Position numbers and translations under genes: made by a program. Positions 39,699-49,368 of a DNA stretch of 64,000 bases are shown piece after piece. Location of the stretch: the NCBI GenBank assembly GCA_043825875.1, contig JBDRRF010000031.1, forward strand, positions 32,001 to 96,000, given 5' to 3'. Each line of letters starts with the position of its first letter. Positions within the stretch are counted from its first letter, which is position 1. This DNA comes from Pseudomonadota bacterium. GTDB lineage: Bacteria > Desulfobacterota > Desulfobacteria > Desulfobacterales > RPRI01. Below the pieces are notes generated by a model that saw only the letters and a program-made list of their open reading frames with translations, did not search any database and was not told the origin of the DNA.

Positions 39699-39840
39699 GA
39701 GCCAGTTTCAAAACGTCCCATTTTGGCCGATCTCTGCGTTGGTTGAAAATTTTAATCCTCGAAATACTCCATGTATTCCTGCGGTTAAAATTTTCACCCG
39801 CCTTGATCTTGACCAAACTGAAACGTTTTGAAAGTGGCTC
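39699..39840 (+). mobile_element. 142-bp MITE, family A, copy 5 (TSD TAAT)
   Basis: TAAT at 39695-39698 (includes gspF stop) and 39841-39844. Confidence 0.92.
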
Positions 39841-39877
39841 TAATGCTTAGGATTTTACGTAATTATTGGGGTGAGAA

Positions 39878-40318
39878 ATGCAAAAAAAATATATTTCGAT
39901 AAAAGGCTTTACTTTAATTGAACTTGTTGTTGTGGTTTTTATTCTAAGTCTTTTAGCAGCGATAGTAGCTCCAAAGATTATCGGAAGAACTGATGATGCA
40001 CGCATTACAGAAGCAAAAGTACAAATTAAAAATTTTGAGACTGCCTTAAAACTTTTTAAAATTGATAATGGCTTTTATCCGGATACTCAACAGGGACTTG
40101 ATGCTCTTTCTATAAAGCCTGAGACAGGTCGAATACCCAATAACTACAGAACGGGCGGATACCTGGAACAGAAAAAGATACCGCTTGATCCGTGGGGGAA
40201 TTCATACATGTACATATCTCCAGGCATAAACGGAGATTTTGATATCATGAGTTTCGGAGATGATGGCAAAGAGGGCGGAGAAGGCAAGGATGCGGATATT
40301 AAAAATTGGGAAATGTAA
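39878..40318 (+). CDS. gspG: Major pseudopilin
   Basis: GFTLIEL; YPDTQQGLDAL; DPWGNSY; SFGDDGKEGGEGKDADI. Confidence 0.95.
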   Translation: MQKKYISIKGFTLIELVVVVFILSLLAAIVAPKIIGRTDDARITEAKVQIKNFETALKLFKIDNGFYPDTQQGLDALSIKPETGRIPNNYRTGGYLEQKKIPLDPWGNSYMYISPGINGDFDIMSFGDDGKEGGEGKDADIKNWEM

Positions 40319-40760
40319 GGATAGAGGTTTTACTCTTATAGAATTGATCGTTGTAGTTTTTATCATTTCTGTAATGCTCATGGTATCTTTCCCATATATT
40401 GGCTTCCGTGAAAGCGGCAAGTTAAAATCCGAAGCAGCGGTTTTAGCATCGGTTCTGCGTTATCTTAATGATAGTGCAGTGACTATGAAAGAAACATATG
40501 CGGTTAAATTTGATCTGGGCCAAAAAACAATCAGATATAAAGGCCCTGAAGGTGTAAAAACAGAGAAAATTGATGATCTTTCAAGTGTTTTGTTGCAAAC
40601 CAGAGGTATAATATCCGATGGAGAAGTAATTGTATTTTATACTCCATTGGGTGCTTCAGAAAGTTTTATGATTAATTTAAAACGTGATGATTATACTATT
40701 TCCGTTAGTTCAAATTCTCTGAGTGGCAGAATAAGTATAATAACACAGCATAAGGTTTGA
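40290..40760 (+). CDS. gspH: Minor pseudopilin H
   Basis: RGFTLIEL prepilin site; follows gspG. Confidence 0.8.
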   Translation: MRILKIGKCKDRGFTLIELIVVVFIISVMLMVSFPYIGFRESGKLKSEAAVLASVLRYLNDSAVTMKETYAVKFDLGQKTIRYKGPEGVKTEKIDDLSSVLLQTRGIISDGEVIVFYTPLGASESFMINLKRDDYTISVSSNSLSGRISIITQHKV

Positions 40761-41098
40761 TGATGCACAAAGGGTTCACTTTCCTTGAAATCATGATAAG
40801 CCTCGCAATTATAGGAGGACTTCTTTTTACCCTGATTTCTTCCCTTAATTACCATCTCGGTGTAGCTGAGAAGCAGATAGTCTTAACTACTATCGATAGG
40901 TTGGCACATGATAAGATCTATGAAATGGAGAAGAATCCTTCCGAAGATCGCGGAAATTTTCCAAAACCTTTTTCCGACATTCAATATGAAACCAGGGTGT
41001 CGGATTCAACATTTCCGGGTATGCTGGAAATCGGAGTAACTGTAATAAGTGGGAAAGAAAAACTTATACTATCTGAAATAATAACCGGGAAAAGATAG
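40757..41098 (+). CDS. gspI: Minor pseudopilin I
   Basis: KGFTFLEIMISLAII; operon position. Confidence 0.8.
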   Translation: MMMHKGFTFLEIMISLAIIGGLLFTLISSLNYHLGVAEKQIVLTTIDRLAHDKIYEMEKNPSEDRGNFPKPFSDIQYETRVSDSTFPGMLEIGVTVISGKEKLILSEIITGKR

Positions 41099-41117
41099 TT
41101 GCAGAGAAAGGGGCAAG

Positions 41118-41756
41118 GTGAAAGAATCAAGGACTAAAGGTTTCACATTATTAGAAATCCTGATATCGATAGCCATATTGTCTGTGGTACTTACAGCTCT
41201 TTATAATACCTTTTTTCTTTCTCACAAAGCGCTTGCAGCCGTTGATGGAACCCTGCTTAAACTTCAGGAATCCCGTGCTTTCGTTGATATATTAAAAAGA
41301 GAGATAGAATCCGTAATTTATTCTCGTGATAACAGCTACACTGTGTTCAGGATGGATGACAGAGATTATTATGGTCGTCAGGCCTCCCAGCTTACCATGA
41401 GCTCATTGTCTCCTTTAACAAACGGTATGGCTAAAATAAACTATACCACGGAAGAAAGAGATGGCAGATTGATTATAACAAAAGAAATAAAATCAGCATT
41501 TTTACAACCGGATTTATCTCAAAAAACACAAAGCCATAAAATTGATATGATAGAAGATGTTCAATCTTTTACCGTAGAGTGCAAATATGGGAACCGCTGG
41601 GTAAAAACATGGGACAGCGCATTGACAAAAAATGTTCCGAACGAGATAAAAATTTCAGTTACGTTTTATATTTCAAATAAAGAAACACGGGATAATACCG
41701 GCAGACTATTTGTGATTTCCGATATAGCAAAACCCAGAATAGGGAAGAACTTATAA
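41118..41756 (+). CDS. gspJ: Minor pseudopilin J
   Basis: KGFTLLEILISIAILS; WVKTWDS...P..IKI. Confidence 0.85.
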   Translation: MKESRTKGFTLLEILISIAILSVVLTALYNTFFLSHKALAAVDGTLLKLQESRAFVDILKREIESVIYSRDNSYTVFRMDDRDYYGRQASQLTMSSLSPLTNGMAKINYTTEERDGRLIITKEIKSAFLQPDLSQKTQSHKIDMIEDVQSFTVECKYGNRWVKTWDSALTKNVPNEIKISVTFYISNKETRDNTGRLFVISDIAKPRIGKNL

Positions 41757-42668
41757 ATGGCTTCCAATAAGGGTATGGCTCTTATACTGACGCTGATGAT
41801 CCTTGCGATAATGACAACAATGGTTGTTGAGTTTGTGCATGAAGTATATTCAACCAATGCAATTTTAAATAACTGGAGAATCAGCCGCCAACTTTCGTTA
41901 ACTGCAAAATCAGGAATTACTATTGTTAAAAAAATAATTTCCGATAATCAGTCACGTTATGCATATACATATCCGGGTAAATATGAAGTTCCTTTGGGAA
42001 ACATATTTGGTGAAAATGCTGATGGGTCCGGCGGCAAGGTTTTTGTGAATGTTGAGGATGAGAACGCAAAATTTAATGTAAACAGTATTGTCTGGCCTAA
42101 TGGAACTACTAATGAATCTTCAATAGATTCATTTAAAAGGCTTTTAAAAAATATTAAGCTTGATGAGCAAGTTGCATACAGGGTTGCTGACTGGATAGAT
42201 CCTGACAGCGAATCAAGGATGGGAAGATCCGAGCAGGGTGCTAAAAACGCTTATCTGGACAGCATTGATGAGCTAAAACTTATAAATGGAATGGATTCTA
42301 AAACGTACGAAGTATTAAAGCCTTTTATTACGGTATATGGTGCTGAAGGTGTTACATCTAATATTATAAATATCAATAGTGCACCATTGCCGGTAATTAT
42401 GGCCCTGAATGCCGAAATCACTAAAGATCTTGCAGAAAGAATTATAAAGTACAGAGGTCTTGAGCCTCTCGAAACTCCAAGTGATCTGGTTAAAATAGCA
42501 GGCTTTGAAGGTTCTTTGGGGCAGTCACTTATCGGTATGCTTATAGTAAAAGCCGTAAATTTTAAAATAACATCATTTGCAGAGGATAATAAGATAAAGA
42601 GAATTATAGAATGTGTTGTGGAAAATAAAGGCGATAAATTTTTAACCAAATACTGGTGTGAAAGGTGA
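41757..42668 (+). CDS. gspK: Minor pseudopilin K
   Basis: KGMALIL; EDENAKFNVN; ADWIDPD; SIDELKLINGM; ININSAP. Confidence 0.9.
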   Translation: MASNKGMALILTLMILAIMTTMVVEFVHEVYSTNAILNNWRISRQLSLTAKSGITIVKKIISDNQSRYAYTYPGKYEVPLGNIFGENADGSGGKVFVNVEDENAKFNVNSIVWPNGTTNESSIDSFKRLLKNIKLDEQVAYRVADWIDPDSESRMGRSEQGAKNAYLDSIDELKLINGMDSKTYEVLKPFITVYGAEGVTSNIININSAPLPVIMALNAEITKDLAERIIKYRGLEPLETPSDLVKIAGFEGSLGQSLIGMLIVKAVNFKITSFAEDNKIKRIIECVVENKGDKFLTKYWCER

Positions 42669-42701
42669 AAATAGCCAAATCGTGAATAACGTTATAATCA
42701 T

Positions 42702-42843
42702 GAGCCAGTTTCAAAACGCCCCATTTTGGCCGATCTCTGCGTTGGGCTCAAATTTCAATCCTCGAAATACTCGATGTATTCCTGTGGTTGAAATTTTCGC
42801 CCGCCTTGAGCTTGACCAAACTGAAACGTTTTGAAAGTGGCTC
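42702..42843 (+). mobile_element. 142-bp MITE, family A, copy 6 (TSD TCAT)
   Basis: TCAT at 42698-42701 and 42844-42847. Confidence 0.92.
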
Positions 42844-42862
42844 TCATGCAAATTGGAGCATT

Positions 42863-43975
42863 ATGAAAAAAATCGGTTTTATTGATATTCATCCGGGCGG
42901 TTCTATTTCTACTTTTTGCATAAAACAGGATGAAAGTGAGAAATGGCAGGATAATACTCTTGTTTATATTTTCAAAGAGCATTCCGGAAAAATTGAGCTT
43001 GACAAAACACTTGAATATTCATCCGATGAGAATTTAGAGGATATCAATGATTTTTATTTGAGTATCCCCATGGAGTTATTAAATTTCAGGATAATTAATC
43101 TTCCATATTCAGATAAGGAAAAATTGGGTAAAGCAATCCCTTTAGAACTTGGAAGCCTTATTGAAGGTGGTGATCCTGAAGATATTGTTTTTGAAACAGT
43201 TGTTCTTAAAAACACCGATTCCGGATTTGATATACTGATAGTTTATGCCGACAAAAGCTGCATTAATGCTGTAATTGAAAAGCTTGCTCTGAAAAATATT
43301 GATCCACGTATTATAACATCAATAGATCTTGCTAATATCATTCAAATGGGTGAAGGCACACTTTCTTTTGTTGAACGCCTCGCAAGTAAGGAAAATAAGG
43401 AAGAAATTGACAGAACAGGTTCAGCAGCAAATGAACTTTTTCACCCGACCATAAATTTAAGATCCGGTCCTTTAGCCTATACAAAAGATATTGCCAGAAG
43501 AAAACGTATACTGAAAAAAACAGTGATTTTAAGTTTTTTACTGGCATTTATTATAAATGCCAACATTGTTATCAATCTGACAATAACAAATAAAGATATT
43601 TCTTCACAGAAGAAAAGTTTAAGGAAAATGTATGCAGCTTTGTTTCCGGAAGAAAAGAAAATAGTTAATGAAGTATATCAGTTAAAATCTCATATCAAAG
43701 AGTTGAAAAAAAAGAGTGATGCCTTAACAGGAGTAAATCCAATCGATTTTCTTCTAAAACTTTCTCACGAACAAATAGGAGGAGTTGTATATAACGAGAT
43801 CTGGTTCGAAAAAGGATTTATTAAAATGAAGGCCGAAGCAGTTTCAATGGAAGTTGTTGACAAGGCCAGGGGGAAGTACTCAAAATACTTATCAGATGTT
43901 TTGATCACAGATATTAAACCGGCAACCGACGGAAAGGTTTTTTTTACTGTTGTTGCTAAAGAAAGGCCTGAATAA
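42863..43975 (+). CDS. gspL: Type II secretion protein L
   Basis: Actin-like FIDI / FRIINLPY..KEKL..AIPLEL; INLRSGPLAY; single TM; GGAG RBS before ATG 42863. Confidence 0.8.
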   Translation: MKKIGFIDIHPGGSISTFCIKQDESEKWQDNTLVYIFKEHSGKIELDKTLEYSSDENLEDINDFYLSIPMELLNFRIINLPYSDKEKLGKAIPLELGSLIEGGDPEDIVFETVVLKNTDSGFDILIVYADKSCINAVIEKLALKNIDPRIITSIDLANIIQMGEGTLSFVERLASKENKEEIDRTGSAANELFHPTINLRSGPLAYTKDIARRKRILKKTVILSFLLAFIINANIVINLTITNKDISSQKKSLRKMYAALFPEEKKIVNEVYQLKSHIKELKKKSDALTGVNPIDFLLKLSHEQIGGVVYNEIWFEKGFIKMKAEAVSMEVVDKARGKYSKYLSDVLITDIKPATDGKVFFTVVAKERPE

Positions 43976-43977
43976 AA

Positions 43978-44526
43978 ATGGACCTAAGGCAAATTCCCGA
44001 AAAATTATCGCAAAATATCAGTAGAACATATTCGCGTAATGATATTATTATACTATTTCTTCTTCTATGTTTATTTCTTCTTATTATTCCTATGCACATG
44101 CTTAATAAAAAAGCAGAAAAAGAACTATCAGCTCTAAAAATAAGGCAAAATGATTTTTATACCTTAAGCAATGAATACAAGAAGCTGAATGTACACGTTA
44201 GCGCTATTGAAAGCAAAAGATCTTTGTCAAAGGCCGACAGTATTATTTATGCTTTAGATGAAGTATTTTTGCCGCTTGGTATTAAAGGGAAAATAAAATC
44301 TATAAAAGGTTTTGAGGATAGAGAAATAGAAGGCATGATGAATGAAAAAAGCGCTGAGGTTATGATAGAACAGATCAGTCTCAATGAACTGGTAAATATT
44401 TTTTATAAAATTGAAAATGTACCTATGCTTCTTAAGATAAATAACGCATCTATAAAAAAATCATTTGCATTCCCTGAACTTTTAGATATTTCTATGAGTA
44501 TATCTTTATTTACCGAAAAAGTTTAA
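43978..44526 (+). CDS. gspM: Type II secretion protein M
   Basis: TM + coiled coil; ISLNELVNIFYKIEN ferredoxin-like domain; operon position. Confidence 0.75.
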   Translation: MDLRQIPEKLSQNISRTYSRNDIIILFLLLCLFLLIIPMHMLNKKAEKELSALKIRQNDFYTLSNEYKKLNVHVSAIESKRSLSKADSIIYALDEVFLPLGIKGKIKSIKGFEDREIEGMMNEKSAEVMIEQISLNELVNIFYKIENVPMLLKINNASIKKSFAFPELLDISMSISLFTEKV

Positions 44527-44563
44527 TTAGCCCATATAAAACGGATAACAAGTTTAACTAAAA

Positions 44564-45322
44564 ATGAAAAAAGCAGCCCTTTTTATCGCAGTTGCATTCT
44601 TTGTCTTTTGGGGGCTATGGATAATAGCAATCCCAAAAAAAATTGTGTCGGATTATATCTCAAACTCTCTGAAAAAATATAGCATTATTATAGATTTGGA
44701 TGGTTTTGAAAAAGGACTTTTTTATAGCATAAAAAAACAAAATGTTCAGGTAAGCAGTACTGATGGTACTTTGATTTTAGTAATAAATAATCTAAAAGCC
44801 GGAATAAATTTTGCTTCTTTTTTAAAATTATCTCCGACTATAGATTTTCATTGCAATATCAATCAAGGAGATGTTGATGGAAATGTCGGTTTTAAAAAAG
44901 GTACCGGCCTTGTTGCACGAATTAAGGGAAGTGGTATTGATATTAAAGACTTGCCTGTAGTTGAAAGTTTATATGGAATCAGCGGTACAGGAGATATTAA
45001 TTTTGATTTTTTGAAAATAAAAGATAAAAGTAATATTAAGTTTTCTATAAATAATGCAGATATAAAAAGTATCGGACTTATTCCGTTTGATTTGTTTAAA
45101 AAAATGCGTGGAGAAATGTTTGAGGAGAATGGATTAATTACCGTAAAATCTTTGGCAATGGAGGGAAATGGAATATACGCCAGGGCCAAAGGTTATATAA
45201 AAGGAAATAATAGAGATTTGAAAATGGAGATAATGGTGAATTCTTCTTCTGATATGAAACCGTCATATCTTGGAGCTCTTGAAAAATACAGGGTTTCACC
45301 CGGTTATTATGTAATCAGATGA
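44564..45322 (+). CDS. gspN: Type II secretion protein N
   Basis: N-terminal anchor, beta-rich body, last gene after gspM. Confidence 0.65.
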   Translation: MKKAALFIAVAFFVFWGLWIIAIPKKIVSDYISNSLKKYSIIIDLDGFEKGLFYSIKKQNVQVSSTDGTLILVINNLKAGINFASFLKLSPTIDFHCNINQGDVDGNVGFKKGTGLVARIKGSGIDIKDLPVVESLYGISGTGDINFDFLKIKDKSNIKFSINNADIKSIGLIPFDLFKKMRGEMFEENGLITVKSLAMEGNGIYARAKGYIKGNNRDLKMEIMVNSSSDMKPSYLGALEKYRVSPGYYVIR

Positions 45323-45328
45323 AAGGTG

Positions 45329-46687
45329 CTATTCTTTCGGGATTTCAAACTTTTCCATAAGATCATATAAAGTCGGGCGGCTTATGCCAAGCTCACAAGC
45401 AGCTTTTGTCAGATTGCTGTTGTTTTTGAAAAGTGCTTTTAAAATAAGTTCTTTTTCTAAAGCTTCGCGTGCTTCTTTGAGCCCCATACCTTCAAATTTA
45501 GCAGGTGCAGAAGATTTCATCTCAAGATCTTCAGGGCTTATTTTACCGCCTTCAGCCATTATAACGGCACGTTTTATACGGTTTTCAAGTTCTCTGATAT
45601 TTCCCGGCCATTCATATTGCTCAATAGCATTGATTGCATCAGATGTGTAGCCTTTTATTTTTTTTCTGTTTTCATCTGTATATCGCTCAAGAAAAGCTTT
45701 AGCCAAAAGCAATACATCTCCTTTTCTTTCTCTTAAAGGAGGAAGTGCTATGGAAATTACTCCCAGACGATAATATAGATCATTTCTGAAACTTCCATCT
45801 TTCATTGCCTCTTCCAGATCGCGGTTTGTAGCAGAAAGAACACGGGTATCAACTTCAATTTCTTCCCTTCCTCCTACTCGTTCGATAACTTTTTCCTGAA
45901 GGAATCGCAGAAGTTTAACTTGAAGAGAGAGCGGGAGTTCGCCTATTTCATCTAAGAACAGGGTACCCCCTTCAGCCATTTCAATACGGCCTTTACGTTG
46001 CGTATGAGCACCTGTGAAAGATCCCTTTTCATGTCCGAAAAGCTCACTTTCAAGAAGATTTTCAGGTATGGCGCCGCAGTTAATAGCAATAAAAGAATTG
46101 GATTTGCGGTTACTAAGACTGTGAATAGCACGGGCGACCAGTTCCTTGCCCGTACCACTTTCTCCTGTTATAAGAACAGGTGCATCTGTTGTTGACACCT
46201 TTTTTATAGTTGAAAACACTTCCTGTATTTTGGGGCAGGTGCCAAGCATGCCTTCAAAGGAGTTGCCGCTCAACCGGCTCTGTAGTATACGCTGTTCCTG
46301 CTCAAGATAAGATACATAAAAAGCGCGTTTTAAAACAACCTTAAGTTCATCTATTTGTATCGGTTTGTAGAAAAAATCATATGCACCTTGTGCTACAGCG
46401 CGCAGGGCGTTTTCTTTTTCTCCGCGTCCGGTAATGATAATTACCTTGAGCTGTCTGTTTTCGGTAAGGATTTCAGACAAGGTCAGAAAGCCTTCTTCCA
46501 CACCTGCCGGATGTGGAGGCAACCCAAGATCAAGTGTAATAACAGCTGGGGTTTCCTTTTTAAATAAAGCAAGAGCGCTCTTTCGATCTTCGGCCAGAAA
46601 AACTCTGTAGTCATTGGATAGAGCCCACTTCATCTGCGTTCTCAAATCTTCATCATCATCTACTATCAGTAATTTTGGTTTTTTCAT
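45329..46687 (-). CDS. prsR: PEP-CTERM-box sigma54-dependent response regulator
   Basis: LDLGLPPHP..VEEG receiver typical of PrsR; GESGTGKE; GSFTGA; WPGNIRELEN; LGISRPTLYDLM. Confidence 0.88.
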   Translation of the reverse strand: MKKPKLLIVDDDEDLRTQMKWALSNDYRVFLAEDRKSALALFKKETPAVITLDLGLPPHPAGVEEGFLTLSEILTENRQLKVIIITGRGEKENALRAVAQGAYDFFYKPIQIDELKVVLKRAFYVSYLEQEQRILQSRLSGNSFEGMLGTCPKIQEVFSTIKKVSTTDAPVLITGESGTGKELVARAIHSLSNRKSNSFIAINCGAIPENLLESELFGHEKGSFTGAHTQRKGRIEMAEGGTLFLDEIGELPLSLQVKLLRFLQEKVIERVGGREEIEVDTRVLSATNRDLEEAMKDGSFRNDLYYRLGVISIALPPLRERKGDVLLLAKAFLERYTDENRKKIKGYTSDAINAIEQYEWPGNIRELENRIKRAVIMAEGGKISPEDLEMKSSAPAKFEGMGLKEAREALEKELILKALFKNNSNLTKAACELGISRPTLYDLMEKFEIPKE

Positions 46688-46743
46688 CCCTTGTCCTTAA
46701 ATATTGTGACTATATATCCTGACAATATATGAACCGTTTTTCT

Positions 46744-48849
46744 TTATTTACTGCTTATCGGCAAAAACACCCTAAACATTGACCAGTTATTTTCTTTACT
46801 TTCAACCTCTATCCTGCCGCCATGAGCTTCAACAATTGTTTTACAGTGAAACAGACCGATTCCCATGCCCTGTTTTTTTGTTGTCCTGAAAGGCCGGAAC
46901 AGATCTTTTGCTATAAATTCCTCAGACATTCCGCAACCATTGTCATAGATAGAGATTTGTGCCCAATTTTCTTTACAGGCAGTTTCAACTATAATTTTAC
47001 CATCCTGTTCTATGGCATCACAGGCATTCATAAGAAGATTCTCGAGTACTTTATTAATTTGTTCAGGATCTATAAAAAGCAAAGGAACATTGTTTAAGTT
47101 TTGCAAAACAGACCCTTGGGTATATCCTTTAATATCAGATACGGCAGATGTAATCATCTCATTAAGATCAGTCTTTTGTACAGAAAGTTCCAGCTTTTGG
47201 CTTAAAAGAGAGAGGCGGCTGCTCATGCTGTTTATCTTTGATACGCTTTGTGAAATTGTTTTAAGAGCATCGGCACGAAATTCAGGGTTATCTATAAGAA
47301 CAGGTAGGTTCTGTGTTACAAGAGAAAGTTTTGTCGCAAGATTTTTCAGGTCATGCATAAAAAAAGCAGACATGGCCTGGAATGCCTCTAGCTCTTTTAC
47401 TTTGCGAAGATGTTCCGAAAGCCTCAAATTCTGCAAGATAGCAGCCGCCTGATCGGCAATGGTTCTAACAAGTTCAGTTTCTTCAAAAGAAAGGGGCTCA
47501 TAAAAAACTTTTTCGCTTAACGTCATAATCCCGATAAGTTGACCTGCGGCATTTAGCGGGACACAGTATCTTATACTCGATTCGCGTGTTTCTGCATCAT
47601 AGATGCGGTTTAGAGACTTCACCCAGCTGGCTGTATTTCCTTTAAGATCAAGCAAAACAGATTGTTCTTCCATTGTGCGGATAAGATCAGCAATATTATA
47701 ACCTGAAAAACTCATTGTATCTGCTTTTGCATCCGTAAATACTGTTGAACCTTCTAAAGACATCCTTTCCTGTTTCTCATCAACTATCCAGATGCTTACG
47801 GATAGAATCTCCATTGTTTCAGAGACCATGTTTACAATAATGCTGCAAAGATCTTTTGTTTGTGTAACAGAAGCGGTTCTGTTTGTAAAATCTCCCCAGA
47901 TTTTCCGGTAGTCATATTGGGGCCGTTTGAAATGACGGCTTATAAAACGTTTTCTTTTTACCCGCAGACGGTCTGAAAGCAGCAGACTTATTATTACGAT
48001 TAAAGCTACAAATGCTAAAAATATTATTAGATAAGTATTATCGATCCATGCAAAATGAACGGAAAGCCATGTCAGTGTTCCTACTAATATAAAGTAGATG
48101 CCCGCGATAAGCATTGTAAATGAATTATATAAAAGCTGATGGGAAAGCTGAATACTGGCATTAAGAGGTTTCCCACGTAATAGTGACCGTAAAATAAGGA
48201 TTGCGGCTACAAGAAGCGCTCCTTGATTAATAACATAAAGACCTGTAGTTACACCTTTGAAAAGCAGTACATAGCTATATGTGAAAAGTCGTATTCCTAT
48301 CATAGCTCCCAAGCCGAGAAACATAAATTTGGTTTGCCAGCGTATATGACCTGTGGAATGTCGGAATGTTCTTTCAAAATTCATCAGAATCAGGATTGCA
48401 GATAATATCCAGATAAGATGCCATATATATCCTGAATTTCCGATTGCTATAAAAAGTTCTGAGGTTTTTGTTAAAACGGGTTCTCCCGAAAAGAAAGAGT
48501 TTCTGAAAAAAATGGCTATTAATACAGGCAGAATAAAAAATGAAATAATGACCCATTTCCATTTTGATATCTGTTCCATATAATTAGCTCGGGCAAAGCT
48601 TATGCTGAAAAGAAGCCAGACAGATGGCAGAAATGAAGCGGTTATTGACTGGAAATGCTGTCGAATTAAAAAATTATCTATAGATAATGACTGGAAAAGA
48701 AACCCGGTTAATGCGGCATTTACTGAACATAAAATCATGCCTGCTGCAAAAATACGATGAATAAAAGAGCGAGGTTCTCGCCACAGCGCAAGAAGCGCAA
48801 TTCCTGCTGCTACCGCAGCCGCTACATATGAGATAGTTAAGGTAAACAT
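46744..48849 (-). CDS. prsK: PEP-CTERM system histidine kinase
   Basis: Multi-TM N-term; RFISRHF...YDYR..W; GAF; SAFFMHDLKN; FRPFRTTK..GMGIGL. Confidence 0.88.
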   Translation of the reverse strand: MFTLTISYVAAAVAAGIALLALWREPRSFIHRIFAAGMILCSVNAALTGFLFQSLSIDNFLIRQHFQSITASFLPSVWLLFSISFARANYMEQISKWKWVIISFFILPVLIAIFFRNSFFSGEPVLTKTSELFIAIGNSGYIWHLIWILSAILILMNFERTFRHSTGHIRWQTKFMFLGLGAMIGIRLFTYSYVLLFKGVTTGLYVINQGALLVAAILILRSLLRGKPLNASIQLSHQLLYNSFTMLIAGIYFILVGTLTWLSVHFAWIDNTYLIIFLAFVALIVIISLLLSDRLRVKRKRFISRHFKRPQYDYRKIWGDFTNRTASVTQTKDLCSIIVNMVSETMEILSVSIWIVDEKQERMSLEGSTVFTDAKADTMSFSGYNIADLIRTMEEQSVLLDLKGNTASWVKSLNRIYDAETRESSIRYCVPLNAAGQLIGIMTLSEKVFYEPLSFEETELVRTIADQAAAILQNLRLSEHLRKVKELEAFQAMSAFFMHDLKNLATKLSLVTQNLPVLIDNPEFRADALKTISQSVSKINSMSSRLSLLSQKLELSVQKTDLNEMITSAVSDIKGYTQGSVLQNLNNVPLLFIDPEQINKVLENLLMNACDAIEQDGKIIVETACKENWAQISIYDNGCGMSEEFIAKDLFRPFRTTKKQGMGIGLFHCKTIVEAHGGRIEVESKENNWSMFRVFLPISSK

Positions 48850-49038
48850 TTTTAAGTTAGATTAAAGATTTAAGTATCTTTGTTGATATATCCGATTTGA
48901 ATTTTTATATATCTGGGTTTTTGACTCTCCATTATAGTCAACAATGTGCAGACTTTATAGCATACAGCACGGGAATGCAAGTGTCATTTTAATGTTATAA
49001 TTCAGGCAGGATTATTATTTCTTATTTTCTTCTAATCA

Positions 49039-49068
49039 TTGACCTTTTATCTTCTTATGTGGTAATAA
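49039..49068 (+). promoter_or_regulatory. Possible sigma70 promoter for thiolase
   Basis: TTGACC, 18-nt spacer, TGG-TAATAA. Confidence 0.35.
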
Positions 49069-49162
49069 TCTCCCGGCTTAATTTTTCAAAGATGCATGAA
49101 TCGTTTTAATAAAACGATATTTTCTGATGATTAATTAATAAACATGTTAAACAAAAATATTA

Positions 49163-49304
49163 GAGCCACTTTCAAAACGTTTCAGTTTGGTCAAGGTCAA
49201 GGCGGGTGATAATTTTAACCGCAGGAATACATGGAGTATTTCGAGGATTAAAATTTTCACCCAACGCAGAGATCGGCCAAAATGGGACGTTTTGAAACTG
49301 GCTC
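49163..49304 (-). mobile_element. 142-bp MITE, family A, copy 7 (TSD ATTA)
   Basis: Reverse orientation; ATTA at 49159-49162 and 49305-49308. Confidence 0.92.
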
Positions 49305-49368
49305 ATTAGTACTTTAAAACCTGACGGTTGCATTATTTCAAGCCGTCAAAATCAGGAGGTTTTTTTAT

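Noticed and set aside
42788..42862. N-terminal extension MKFSPALSLTKLKRFESGS on GspL, and ORFs at 25242, 25202, 17800, 19456, 19667, 39637, 42755
   Set aside because: These frames start in or cross the MITE; gspL has a good RBS and ATG at 42863
11135..49304. Repeated 142-bp sequence as CRISPR repeats or tRNA-like genes
   Set aside because: Copies are dispersed, long and flanked by TSDs, with no spacer array, cas genes or cloverleaf
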